NCBI GenBank assembly: GCA_023898465.1
Contig: CP060223.1
Location: 544,001-608,000 of the forward strand
Direction of reading: 5' to 3'
DNA: 64,000 nt
From: Candidatus Nomurabacteria bacterium
GTDB taxonomy: Bacteria > Patescibacteriota > Patescibacteriia > HK-STAS-PATE-3
In this document: one piece after another, positions 9,301 through 17,501 of the stretch
Layout: each line of letters opens with the position of its first letter
How positions within the stretch are numbered: the first letter of the stretch is position 1
Made by a program: the position numbers and the translations under genes
The notes under the pieces: generated by a model
Told to the model about the DNA's origin: nothing
Seen by the model: the letters and a program-made list of their open reading frames with translations, nothing else
Database searches by the model: none

Positions 9301-9422
9301 CTTTCCAAAAGAAAAGGGAGAACGGGTGAGGAATCAATTTGGACTCGCTAGAAAGCTAGTAAACCCGAAGTGATTCCTCACCCGATAAGACTCTTTTTGT
9401 GTCTCTTTTTGTTTTTGGAAAG
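9301..9422. repeat. Nested imperfect inverted repeat (13-bp perfect core GGGTGAGGAATCA/TGATTCCTCACCC plus outer CTTTCCAAAA/TTTTGGAAAG arms) in the divergent intergenic region.
   Basis: Read directly. Core arms at 9324-9336 and 9371-9383. The outer arm at 9301-9310 is mirrored at 9413-9422. Confidence 0.6.
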
Positions 9423-9473
9423 AGCCGACTGCATACATCATAGCACACTTTTCGCTTCTCGTCAACATATATC

Positions 9474-9501
9474 TTGAGTTCGCTGCTCCTTTTGCTACAA
9501 T
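9474..9501 (+). promoter_or_regulatory. Sigma-70-type promoter TTGAGT-N16-TACAAT upstream of sodN.
   Basis: TTGAGT at 9474-9479 and TACAAT at 9496-9501. ATG at 9534. Confidence 0.5.
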
Positions 9502-9533
9502 AGCAGCACTCAGCATTTACTCTCGACACTTCT

Positions 9534-9986
9534 ATGAAGAAAAAAATTAAGAGCATTTTCTCTAAAGTACTATTTGGCGAGGAGGCTTCGGCCCACTGTG
9601 ATGGACCTTGTGGAGTATACGATGGTGCCTCCGCGGAAATTGCCGCGCGAGCAGCAGTGAGCATGACTAAGAAGCTCCTTGAGCTCACAACGCCCACTCC
9701 GCAATCAAGTCCAGAAGATAAACTCAACTACCACCACACCGTTGCCCGCTATACACTGATCAAAGAGGAGCAAAGTGAAATTGCCAAGCGCGAACTTCTC
9801 ATACTCTGGACTGATTTTTTCAAACCAGAGCATCTCGATGCTTTTCCTGATTTGCATGAGTTCATTTGGAAGCTTGCCAAACAGTGTTCATATGTGAAGC
9901 AGCACGTTGATCTCGAAGCAGCTGAAAAAATGCACGCTGATATCATGAAGCTGGCTGAGATGCATCATCAGGCCTCTCACCACTAA
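9534..9986 (+). CDS. sodN: Nickel superoxide dismutase precursor (NiSOD).
   Basis: Ni-hook motif HCDGPCGVYDGA follows a 20-aa propeptide. The four-helix-bundle length is right. The SodX-like peptidase is immediately downstream. Confidence 0.85.
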   Translation: MKKKIKSIFSKVLFGEEASAHCDGPCGVYDGASAEIAARAAVSMTKKLLELTTPTPQSSPEDKLNYHHTVARYTLIKEEQSEIAKRELLILWTDFFKPEHLDAFPDLHEFIWKLAKQCSYVKQHVDLEAAEKMHADIMKLAEMHHQASHH

Positions 9987-9987
9987 A

Positions 9988-10287
9988 ATGCATTTTAATC
10001 TACCTCGACATATTGTTGTGCGAGGTGAAAGTATGCTGCCTGCGCTAAAGCCCGGGCAGCATTGCTTTGTGCTCCCCTACTACTTTAGCTCTCCAAAAAT
10101 AAATGATGTGGTGCTGGCTCGCGATCCACGAAATAATGCCTTGATCATAAAACGCATCGCTGAAGTACAAAAAATGGGTGAACACAATTTGTATACACTG
10201 CATGGTGACAACGCTGCGAAAAGTACTGACAGTCGCCAGCTTGGTCAATGGGATAGGAAGAATATCCTAGGTAGAATTTTTGTCTAA
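9988..10287 (+). CDS. sodX: S26-family signal-peptidase-like NiSOD maturation protease (SodX-like).
   Basis: GESMLP..L serine box (compare SGSMEPTL) and an S26 lysine region. There is a 1-nt gap after sodN. Confidence 0.7.
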   Translation: MHFNLPRHIVVRGESMLPALKPGQHCFVLPYYFSSPKINDVVLARDPRNNALIIKRIAEVQKMGEHNLYTLHGDNAAKSTDSRQLGQWDRKNILGRIFV

Positions 10288-10821
10288 GCGCTGCTTCTTA
10301 TGTCTACCTTGCAGCACGATAACAAAGCCTATAGTGAAAGCTAACAAGACTCCTCCAGCAATACTGAGAATAAGCACTCCCCGGGCAATTTCTTCCGGGT
10401 CAGAAGCTTTTGCCGCAACACGAAATGAAAAAGTTTTTTCTACCAACTCGCCATCAGCGGCAATTACTTTTACATTCAGGTCATAGGTCCCGGGCAAGCT
10501 AAAGCGATAAAGGAAATCAGGACTATTCGCACTCATATTAACAGCTGCTAAAACGATGTCATCTTGAGAAAGACTAACCTGTACGTTCTGGGCTAACTGA
10601 TCACGAATTTCTTCACCGTCCAAGACAAAAACAAACTTGGTGCTTTGCAGTATCATCACATCTTCTGCATCAGAACGTAGATCAAGCGTATGTGTCTGAG
10701 CAAAGACCAATTGTCCCCACAACAATCCGAGCATTAAACTGATAAGCAACAGTAGTCCCGGATATACACGGGTAAGAAAAAAAATATCTTGTCGACCTAA
10801 TCTCATAATAATCTCTTTCAC
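10267..10821 (-). CDS. Hypothetical secreted, membrane-anchored protein (signal/TM, beta-rich domain, C-terminal TM).
   Basis: Hydrophobic N- and C-terminal segments. No motif recognised. Confidence 0.5.
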   Translation of the reverse strand: MKEIIMRLGRQDIFFLTRVYPGLLLLISLMLGLLWGQLVFAQTHTLDLRSDAEDVMILQSTKFVFVLDGEEIRDQLAQNVQVSLSQDDIVLAAVNMSANSPDFLYRFSLPGTYDLNVKVIAADGELVEKTFSFRVAAKASDPEEIARGVLILSIAGGVLLAFTIGFVIVLQGRHKKQRLDKNST

Positions 10822-10822
10822 G

Positions 10823-11290
10823 CTAACGCTTTAACCAATCGTATGGGTGATCGATGTATTGCGATGCGGTAAAACCAAGCTTGCGACAAATACCCTCTAC
10901 TCCAGCCTGATCTTTGCCTTGAATCTCTAAAAAGGTTCCCAGGTCATGTACGTGATCAATCGCCACCTCGACACCATCTTGTTTAAATAACTCGCGATGC
11001 TTTTCAATCTTTACCAAGTTTTCATCCTGCTTCACTTTGCCATCGCGATCTGCGGCACTAAGGTGCTCCTGCGTAAGCTTGAAAAGTGCACCTTCCTTTT
11101 CAATAAATTCATGAAGAGTGGTACGACCTGAGACGGTAATTTTCTCAGTTTTACCACTATCTCCACCAGACCCCAAATAGTAGTCGACTTCATCAACTTC
11201 AGTCCCATCTCCTAAGTCAAGCTTCTCCTTGATCATTGGAATAAAGGAGTCCTTGATGCGGATCATGATTTGGAAATAGGTCTCTGTCAT
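10823..11290 (-). CDS. CYTH-like domain protein (CyaB/thiamine-triphosphatase fold), tentative.
   Basis: C-terminal LGTFLEIQGKD...ICRKLGF...QYIDHPYDWL resembles the CYTH G-F-[LV]-E-I-E block. The N-terminal ExExK motif is not canonical. Confidence 0.4.
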   Translation of the reverse strand: MTETYFQIMIRIKDSFIPMIKEKLDLGDGTEVDEVDYYLGSGGDSGKTEKITVSGRTTLHEFIEKEGALFKLTQEHLSAADRDGKVKQDENLVKIEKHRELFKQDGVEVAIDHVHDLGTFLEIQGKDQAGVEGICRKLGFTASQYIDHPYDWLKR

Positions 11291-11355
11291 AACATCCCTA
11301 GTATAGCATAAAACCGATAGCACTTGAACCCCGACTCAGTGCTACAGGTATATTC

Positions 11356-12054
11356 CTAACTTTGTGGAATACGCGCTTTTATTTTAGGACTTTGGAGCTC
11401 GCGCAACGCATCTAAGGCTATCCAGCGACCACTCTTACTTGGTGAATCTTTGAGGATTTTAGCAGTCTCAATAGCTAAGCTATGCAAAGTACGATTTCGT
11501 TTACCAATCTGACGCAGGGCCCAATTCACTGCTTTTTTCACAAAGTTACGCTCATCGCCTGATTGCGCAATGCAGGCCCGTAGGAAAGGCACGAATTGCC
11601 TGTCTTCTGCTGTTTTATGATGCCAAGCCAAAGCAGCCATGAGCGCAAACCCGGCTCGACGGACAAATTCTTCTTTACGCTTAGCCCATTGCAGAGCAAT
11701 CGCAAATGCATATGGGGTCTTATCAAATAAACTCGCGCAGACCTGATCACACACGTCCCATGAATCAAAATCTTTTACCCAAGCATTCATCTGAGCTTTA
11801 CTTACCCTACTCGGTTCATCGATGAAAGCAGCCAGAATACGTGCTTCATGTTTAGCGCTTTTCCAGAGAGCCAGCGCCAGGGCATGATCTTTGCCGTACT
11901 GCTTAGCGTATTTGCGTAACCAAACTACCGACACACCAAAAGCGCTTTGCGTTTTAATACCAAAGCGACTCATGCCGGCTCGATTCTTCGCGCTCCCCTG
12001 CTTCTTTAGATCTGATAATATTTTTTGTACTTGCGCTTGAGTAGACATATTCAT
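11356..12054 (-). CDS. DNA alkylation repair enzyme (AlkD-like HEAT-repeat glycosylase family).
   Basis: Typical N-terminus (QKILSDLKKQGSAKNRAGMSRFGIKT...FGVSVVWLRKYAK) and a HEAT-like repeat pattern with conserved W/R positions. Confidence 0.8.
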   Translation of the reverse strand: MNMSTQAQVQKILSDLKKQGSAKNRAGMSRFGIKTQSAFGVSVVWLRKYAKQYGKDHALALALWKSAKHEARILAAFIDEPSRVSKAQMNAWVKDFDSWDVCDQVCASLFDKTPYAFAIALQWAKRKEEFVRRAGFALMAALAWHHKTAEDRQFVPFLRACIAQSGDERNFVKKAVNWALRQIGKRNRTLHSLAIETAKILKDSPSKSGRWIALDALRELQSPKIKARIPQS

Positions 12055-12111
12055 ATTGCGCGGCCGAAGAATTCATTTTCGGCGAAGATACATTCTTCGC
12101 CTACGGGAAGT

Positions 12112-12891
12112 TTATAACAATTTTTGTTGGCCGGGTTTGCGCTCTACCTCTCTGGCTGCTGCACGATACGCACAGTAGTCACAATCCTCGGCAGAGTCAG
12201 GTATATGTGAGCTGGATAAACAATCTTTTGCTTCTACCAGCACTTCGTCTACCCATCCATCATTTCCTTTGTATGGAATCACCTTCACATCAAACTCAAG
12301 CTTGGCATCAAAGGCCTTTGCATCAGTTTTACCATTGCAATAGACAAAGTAAGCGGTCGGAGAAACTTTAAAACCATTTTGACGCAGAAGCCATTGATAC
12401 ACTTCAACCTGCCGCTTATACCCAATCTGCCAATCAGCGTCTAATGAAACCTCGCCGTCTTTTGCCGTCGCCTTGTAATCAACCACGTGCAACTCATCTT
12501 TATCATTCACCCAGATGTCATCTACACCACCGGTTACCAGGAAACCACTTGGCACGTGATGAAAAGCAACTCCGCCTCGCAGCGCATCACGCCATTCATC
12601 CATTTTTGCATGGGCAAAAGGAATCGCTTTGATGCCATAGGCCGCTAACATGGGATGAGCAGTTTTTTTCACCCGATGCAGGTCAAATTCCTTTTTTAAT
12701 AATGCATCAACTGCGGAGTTGAGATTAAAGGGAAATCCTGGTGGCTGTGCTACGCCTAATCGCCGATCAAGATAAAAACATCTTTGACAATTGAGAAAAA
12801 GGTCAATCTTTGATCGACTAAGTCGGAAAGGACGAGTACTTTTTGGATCGTAGAGATTAGATTTCCGACGCGGATTATAGTATTGACTCAT
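12112..12891 (-). CDS. PD-(D/E)XK nuclease with Fe-S-type cysteines (Cas4/RecB-like domain).
   Basis: hhhD...VVDYKAT (D-x-D/E-Y-K) core. N-terminal CQRC and C-terminal C-x13-C-x2-C. No CRISPR context. Confidence 0.65.
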   Translation of the reverse strand: MSQYYNPRRKSNLYDPKSTRPFRLSRSKIDLFLNCQRCFYLDRRLGVAQPPGFPFNLNSAVDALLKKEFDLHRVKKTAHPMLAAYGIKAIPFAHAKMDEWRDALRGGVAFHHVPSGFLVTGGVDDIWVNDKDELHVVDYKATAKDGEVSLDADWQIGYKRQVEVYQWLLRQNGFKVSPTAYFVYCNGKTDAKAFDAKLEFDVKVIPYKGNDGWVDEVLVEAKDCLSSSHIPDSAEDCDYCAYRAAAREVERKPGQQKLL

Positions 12892-12986
12892 GTAGTAAAA
12901 GCATAGCGTGAAAAGGGCCTCAAGGCAACCAATTCAAGTGGTAAAAGTAAAACGCCTGGCAAATAAGTATTCACCAGGCGTCTCAT

Positions 12987-13670
12987 TCAGCTCAGCGGAT
13001 GAGCCTCCAGGTAGGCATTGAGCTCCTGGATACCGCTCGCAACACGTCTCCCTTCATCAGGGGTGATTTCTTCTTCCTCCTCCAGTAGCGAGAGGAGTCC
13101 GGAGAGTGTGAAGAGGGAGTGGAGTTGAATTCCGTTCTTGGCCAAATCCCGCATCCCTCCGCCTTCCCGATCCACCACCACGAGACAGTCGGTCACTACC
13201 AGACCCTTCTCTCGCAGAGCCTGTGCTGCCTCTAGCTTGGAGTCAGCCGCTGTGACGACATCATCAAGCATGAGGCAAGCAGCACCAGCTTGCATGCTCC
13301 CATGCACGATCGAAGCAATCTTCCGCTTCCCTCCCGCCTCACCCTTCTCCATCCGAAGGAGTCGGTCAGCTGGCAAATCAGCTGAGAAGACAAAACTCTC
13401 AGCAAGCGGTTCCGCCGCCGTTGGCAAACCCACGACATGAAAGAAAGCCAGCTCCCTCCGCTGTGCACAGAGACGAAACTCACGGGCAATCTCTGTGATC
13501 AGCAGGGCGGTAAGCTCGCCCCGAGGTGCTACACGCAGGTTGATGTAGATTGGAGAAAGCGGAGCTTCGGGCAAACGATCGTGCACCTTCAGTCTGAATT
13601 CACCCGTCTGCACAATCCCCTTACGGTAGAGCTGCACCCCCAAACGCCTGAGTCTCGATTCCGTAGTCAT
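12987..13670 (-). CDS. pyrE: Orotate phosphoribosyltransferase-like (PyrE), encoded in a GC-rich patch.
   Basis: LMLDDVVTAADSKLEAAQALREKG...LVVVDREGGG parallels E. coli PyrE MLVDDVITAGTAIRE...LISLDRQERG. N-terminal FRLKVHDRLPEAPLSPIYINLR. No other pyr genes nearby. Confidence 0.6.
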   Translation of the reverse strand: MTTESRLRRLGVQLYRKGIVQTGEFRLKVHDRLPEAPLSPIYINLRVAPRGELTALLITEIAREFRLCAQRRELAFFHVVGLPTAAEPLAESFVFSADLPADRLLRMEKGEAGGKRKIASIVHGSMQAGAACLMLDDVVTAADSKLEAAQALREKGLVVTDCLVVVDREGGGMRDLAKNGIQLHSLFTLSGLLSLLEEEEEITPDEGRRVASGIQELNAYLEAHPLS

Positions 13671-13759
13671 CGCGCCTCCCCTCTTCTTGCCTGTAGAAAA
13701 AAGTGCAATAAATCGGCCTCACGCTAACATGAAGTTAATCCTTGGTCAACTAAAAACTA

Positions 13760-14296
13760 CTATGGCCTTTGGTAATACCCTAGCAGCTGAGCCTGCGCCA
13801 ATATATGTCCTTGCATTACCTGCTCTAAATCATCCTTGGTAGCACCCTCCTCCAAATCTAAAAAGGTATCTAGAGCATATAAGGTAAAAATATACCGATG
13901 TGTTCCATTTGGTGGACAGGGGCCGCCCCATTGCAAACGCTGAAAATCATTCGTGCCTTGTCGGGCATTAGGCGGAACACTATTTTCTACTATCTCATTG
14001 GTATCTGGTGAAATATCCCAAACTATCCAATGATCCCAAGTGCTTCCCGGCGCATCAGGGTCATCCATCACTAGCGCAAAACTGACCGTGCCGTCCGGAG
14101 TTTCACTAATATGCAAAGGTGGATTCACATCATCTCCATCGCATGTATACTGTGAAGGAATTTTTTCACCTTCTTGAAAGGCTGTACTCGTAAGTCGCAT
14201 ATCTCCCTCCTTGCTAGCATCTTTCTTGCTAGCTATGAAATAAAGAAGTACTGCGCCGCAAAAAAGAGCAATAACTATTATGAGACGAATACGCAT
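13760..14296 (-). CDS. YbhB/YbcL-type PEBP (Raf-kinase-inhibitor-like) family protein, membrane anchored.
   Basis: CDGDDVNPPL...DPDAP...WDHW...GPCPPNGTHRYIFTLYALD signature. Confidence 0.8.
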   Translation of the reverse strand: MRIRLIIVIALFCGAVLLYFIASKKDASKEGDMRLTSTAFQEGEKIPSQYTCDGDDVNPPLHISETPDGTVSFALVMDDPDAPGSTWDHWIVWDISPDTNEIVENSVPPNARQGTNDFQRLQWGGPCPPNGTHRYIFTLYALDTFLDLEEGATKDDLEQVMQGHILAQAQLLGYYQRP

Positions 14297-14358
14297 GCAT
14301 CCTCACTATACACCTGATGAGCGAACAAGCAAGCTATACATAGAGAAGATAAAGGGCG

Positions 14359-14399
14359 TGTAAAGTCAACTTGACGTGCTAAAAAGAAAGCAGTAGGCT
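14359..14399 (+). promoter_or_regulatory. Promoter TTGACG-N17-TAGGCT, overlapped by an 18-bp near-palindrome TGTAAAGTCAACTTGACG (candidate XRE operator). The mRNA is predicted leaderless.
   Basis: Read directly. The same palindrome recurs at 15051-15068. Confidence 0.5.
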
Positions 14400-14405
14400 A
14401 GCGCT

Positions 14406-14609
14406 ATGGAAAAGGTATTGAATAAAGTGGCTGAGTACCGGCAGAAAAATGAAGAGACCCAAGAGGAACTTGCGGCAGCTGTTGGCGTCACCCGCCAAAC
14501 GGTTATTGCTATTGAGCGAGGTAACTACACCCCTTCGGTTCGGCTTGCGTTAAAAATCGCCCAGCATTACAGTAAAAAGACTGATGATATTTTTTCACTC
14601 GACGAATAA
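14406..14609 (+). CDS. XRE-family (Cro/CI-type) HTH transcriptional regulator.
   Basis: QEELAAAVGVTRQTVIAIERGNYTPSVRLALKIAQ is a canonical XRE HTH. Confidence 0.8.
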   Translation: MEKVLNKVAEYRQKNEETQEELAAAVGVTRQTVIAIERGNYTPSVRLALKIAQHYSKKTDDIFSLDE

Positions 14610-14612
14610 CGT

Positions 14613-14966
14613 ATGAATACGCGCGCCACGCTTATCCTCGCCATAATCATTATTTTACTGAGTCTAGGCCTGCTTAATCCTTTTGATTGGTGGATGCCGA
14701 GTACCCTAGAAATGTCTTTCATCGTTATTTTAGCGCTGATCGGTTTTGCTTATGCTGCTTTTTTCTGGAAAGAGCGTCCGCGAGATGAGCGAGAAGAACA
14801 TGTACAACGAAAAGCCGGACGCAGCGCCTTCTTAGCTGGCATCCTCATCGGTATTACAGGCATCATTGTACAAGGCCTGCAACATGCCTTAGATGCTTGG
14901 CTCATTGCCACCGTAGCCGTTATGTTGCTAGCAAAGATTATTGCAACACTCCAGCAGGAAAAATAA
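14613..14966 (+). CDS. Small membrane protein partner of the XRE regulator (DUF2178-like arrangement).
   Basis: 3-4 predicted TM helices. 3-nt gap after the HTH gene. Confidence 0.5.
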   Translation: MNTRATLILAIIIILLSLGLLNPFDWWMPSTLEMSFIVILALIGFAYAAFFWKERPRDEREEHVQRKAGRSAFLAGILIGITGIIVQGLQHALDAWLIATVAVMLLAKIIATLQQEK

Positions 14967-15050
14967 TCAGCTTATAGCATAATTCGTCCAATAGCACCCA
15001 ACATGCTTGCGTGCCGAACCCCCGCACCATGTTAGATGCGGGGAAAGGCA

Positions 15051-15091
15051 TGTAAAGTCGACTTGACATATAAAAACTTGCCGTTTACACT
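15051..15091 (+). promoter_or_regulatory. Promoter TTGACA-N17-TACACT, overlapped by the 18-bp palindrome TGTAAAGTCGACTTGACA (second copy of the XRE operator).
   Basis: Read directly. The block is 22/25 identical to 14351-14376. Confidence 0.5.
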
Positions 15092-15122
15092 AAGGGCAAT
15101 TACTTTTAAACCCGGAGATCCC

Positions 15123-15758
15123 ATGCTTAACATCAAAGATCAACGAGGCCTCAGCGGTCTAACCATTGCAGCGATAATCACCATTATTGCAGTTGCTTTG
15201 GGGTTAATTATTTATTTTACCAGCACAAATTCAAGCAACAGCAACGAAAACGAATCCATGATGCAAGATGAAAATACAAACGAAGCGATGATGGATGACC
15301 ACATGGATGACAATACAAATGAGGCCATGGTGGACGACGAAGAACACATGATGGAAGACGACACAAACACCAATAGCGACGCCATGATGGAGGATGACGA
15401 GCATGCAATGGAAAAAGATGGCAGCGCAAACACTAACTCGGTTAGCGCCGCTCCTGGTCAATACATTGATTACACGCCAGCTGCTTTTGCTAGCGCCAGC
15501 GATGAAAAGCGTGTGCTTTTTTTTCACGCCACCTGGTGTCCAACCTGCAAAGCTGCGAACGAAGCATTTACATCGCGGCTTGATGAGATCCCTTCAGGAG
15601 TTGTCATTTTAAAAACTGATTACGATTCCCAAACTGCCTTAAAAAATAAGTACGACATCACCTACCAGCACACTTTTGTACAGGTCGATGCCGATGGAAA
15701 TGAATTAGCAAAATGGAATGGTGGAGACGTTGACCTCTTAGCAAGGAAGCTGCAATAA
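15123..15758 (+). CDS. Membrane-anchored thioredoxin-family protein (WCPTC) with a Met/Asp/Glu/His-rich low-complexity linker.
   Basis: TM helix LTIAAIITIIAVALGLIIYF. Linker NEAMMDDHMDDNTNEAMVDDEEHMMEDD... C-terminal thioredoxin fold RVLFFHATWCPTCKAA. Confidence 0.7.
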   Translation: MLNIKDQRGLSGLTIAAIITIIAVALGLIIYFTSTNSSNSNENESMMQDENTNEAMMDDHMDDNTNEAMVDDEEHMMEDDTNTNSDAMMEDDEHAMEKDGSANTNSVSAAPGQYIDYTPAAFASASDEKRVLFFHATWCPTCKAANEAFTSRLDEIPSGVVILKTDYDSQTALKNKYDITYQHTFVQVDADGNELAKWNGGDVDLLARKLQ

Positions 15759-15762
15759 ATCC

Positions 15763-17496
15763 ATGCTATTACTTATTGGATTTGCCTTTCTCGCCGGTGT
15801 CGTCACCGTCCTCTCACCCTGTATTCTGCCAATACTACCGGTTATCCTGACTGGATCAGTGACTGGCAGTAAACGGAGGCCGCTCGGAATTGTTCTCGGC
15901 TTTATTTTAAGCTTCAGCTTTTTTACACTTTTCCTGGCCACCATTGTGCAGTCTACTGGAATCTCAGCCGGGGCTTTACGGACCTTCTCAATTGTCGTGC
16001 TCTTCGGCTTTGGGGTTAGCCTCCTCTTCCCTCGAGTCCAAGTCTGGCTAGAGCAACTTTTCTCGCGCCTTTCTAGCCGAGCACCCCGTCAAGCAAATCG
16101 AACTGGCTTTTGGGGCGGCATCCTCATCGGACTTAGTATTGGCTTGCTATGGACGCCTTGTGTCGGCCCAATCTTGGCATCGGTTATTTCACTCGCGCTC
16201 ACCGGCTCAGTAAGCAGCGGCGCCGCATTTATCACCCTAGCCTATGCTATCGGAACAGCTATTCCAATGCTGGCGATCATGTATGGCGGACGTCATCTCT
16301 TGCAGCGAGTGCCTTGGCTAATGCAAAACACCGGTCGCATCCAAAAGGCTTTTGGTGTGTTCATGATTATTACGGCAATTGGTATTTCAGCCAACCTTGA
16401 TAGGAAATTTCAAACCTTTATTCTCGATACCTTCCCAAACTATGGCATTGGCTTAACTAAGATTGAGGACAACGAGCAAGTCCAGCAAGAATTAGATAAG
16501 CTTAATGCTGAGCCAAATGAAGATATCCAAGGCAAGCCTATGAACGAAGCAACCCAGAGCAAAAAAGAAGACACGCCCGCGCCTGAGCTCATCCCAGGCG
16601 GTGAATGGTTTAATTCCGATCCACTAAGCTTAAAAGAGCTGCGTGGTAAAGTGGTACTGGTTGATTTTTGGACCTACAGTTGCATTAATTGCCAGCGCAC
16701 CCTCCCCTACCTCAGGGACTGGTGGGAGAAATACAAGGATGATGGACTGGTCATCATTGGCGTACACACACCTGAATTTGAATTTGAAAAAGATCCTGAT
16801 AACGTGGCAAAAGCATTGCGGGATTACGAGATTGATTATCCGGTCATGCAGGATAACAACTTCGCTACCTGGTCAGCATATAAAAATCGCTATTGGCCCA
16901 GGAAGTATTTAGTCGATCAAAATGGTAACATCATCTATGATCACATTGGCGAAGGTGGCTATGAAGAAACTGAACGACAAATCCAAGAGGCATTACAAAA
17001 CGCAGGCAAGTCAGTCAATGCAAGTATTAGCACCGAAACAACGGATACTGATTTCACCCAAATTGCTACACCGGAGCTTTATTTTGGCTCAGCTCGAAAT
17101 CAATACCTCGGCAACGGTACTCAATTTCAAACTGGATCCCAAGAGCTCACTCTGCCGGATGATATGAAAAAAAATATGCTCTACCTAAGCGGAACTTGGA
17201 ACTTCCAGGACGAGTACGCAACAAATTCAAATACGGCAAGTATTACACTTCCCTATCAAGCGAAGAATGTCTACATGGTGGCAGCAGCGGATAACGCTGT
17301 GCAGCTGCAACTCAAGTTGGATGGAGAAAACCTTAGCTCAACTCAAACAGGTGCAGATGTCGATAAAAACGGTCAGGTTACCATACAAGCCCACACCCTT
17401 TATCATCTCATTAGCACAGAAAACTACGGCAGCCATACACTGACGATTGAAATCCCAGCCGCTGGACTAGAGGCTTACACTTTTACCTTCGGGTAA
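15763..17496 (+). CDS. CcdA/DsbD-type transmembrane electron-transfer domain fused to a TlpA/ResA-like thioredoxin domain, plus an extra C-terminal domain of about 170 aa.
   Basis: N-terminal LSPCILPILPV (CcdA Cys motif) and 6 TM helices. VVLVDFWTYSCINCQRTLPYL is a TlpA-type CxxC. 4-nt gap from the upstream thioredoxin gene. Confidence 0.8.
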   Translation: MLLLIGFAFLAGVVTVLSPCILPILPVILTGSVTGSKRRPLGIVLGFILSFSFFTLFLATIVQSTGISAGALRTFSIVVLFGFGVSLLFPRVQVWLEQLFSRLSSRAPRQANRTGFWGGILIGLSIGLLWTPCVGPILASVISLALTGSVSSGAAFITLAYAIGTAIPMLAIMYGGRHLLQRVPWLMQNTGRIQKAFGVFMIITAIGISANLDRKFQTFILDTFPNYGIGLTKIEDNEQVQQELDKLNAEPNEDIQGKPMNEATQSKKEDTPAPELIPGGEWFNSDPLSLKELRGKVVLVDFWTYSCINCQRTLPYLRDWWEKYKDDGLVIIGVHTPEFEFEKDPDNVAKALRDYEIDYPVMQDNNFATWSAYKNRYWPRKYLVDQNGNIIYDHIGEGGYEETERQIQEALQNAGKSVNASISTETTDTDFTQIATPELYFGSARNQYLGNGTQFQTGSQELTLPDDMKKNMLYLSGTWNFQDEYATNSNTASITLPYQAKNVYMVAAADNAVQLQLKLDGENLSSTQTGADVDKNGQVTIQAHTLYHLISTENYGSHTLTIEIPAAGLEAYTFTFG

Positions 17497-17501
17497 AGTA
17501 G

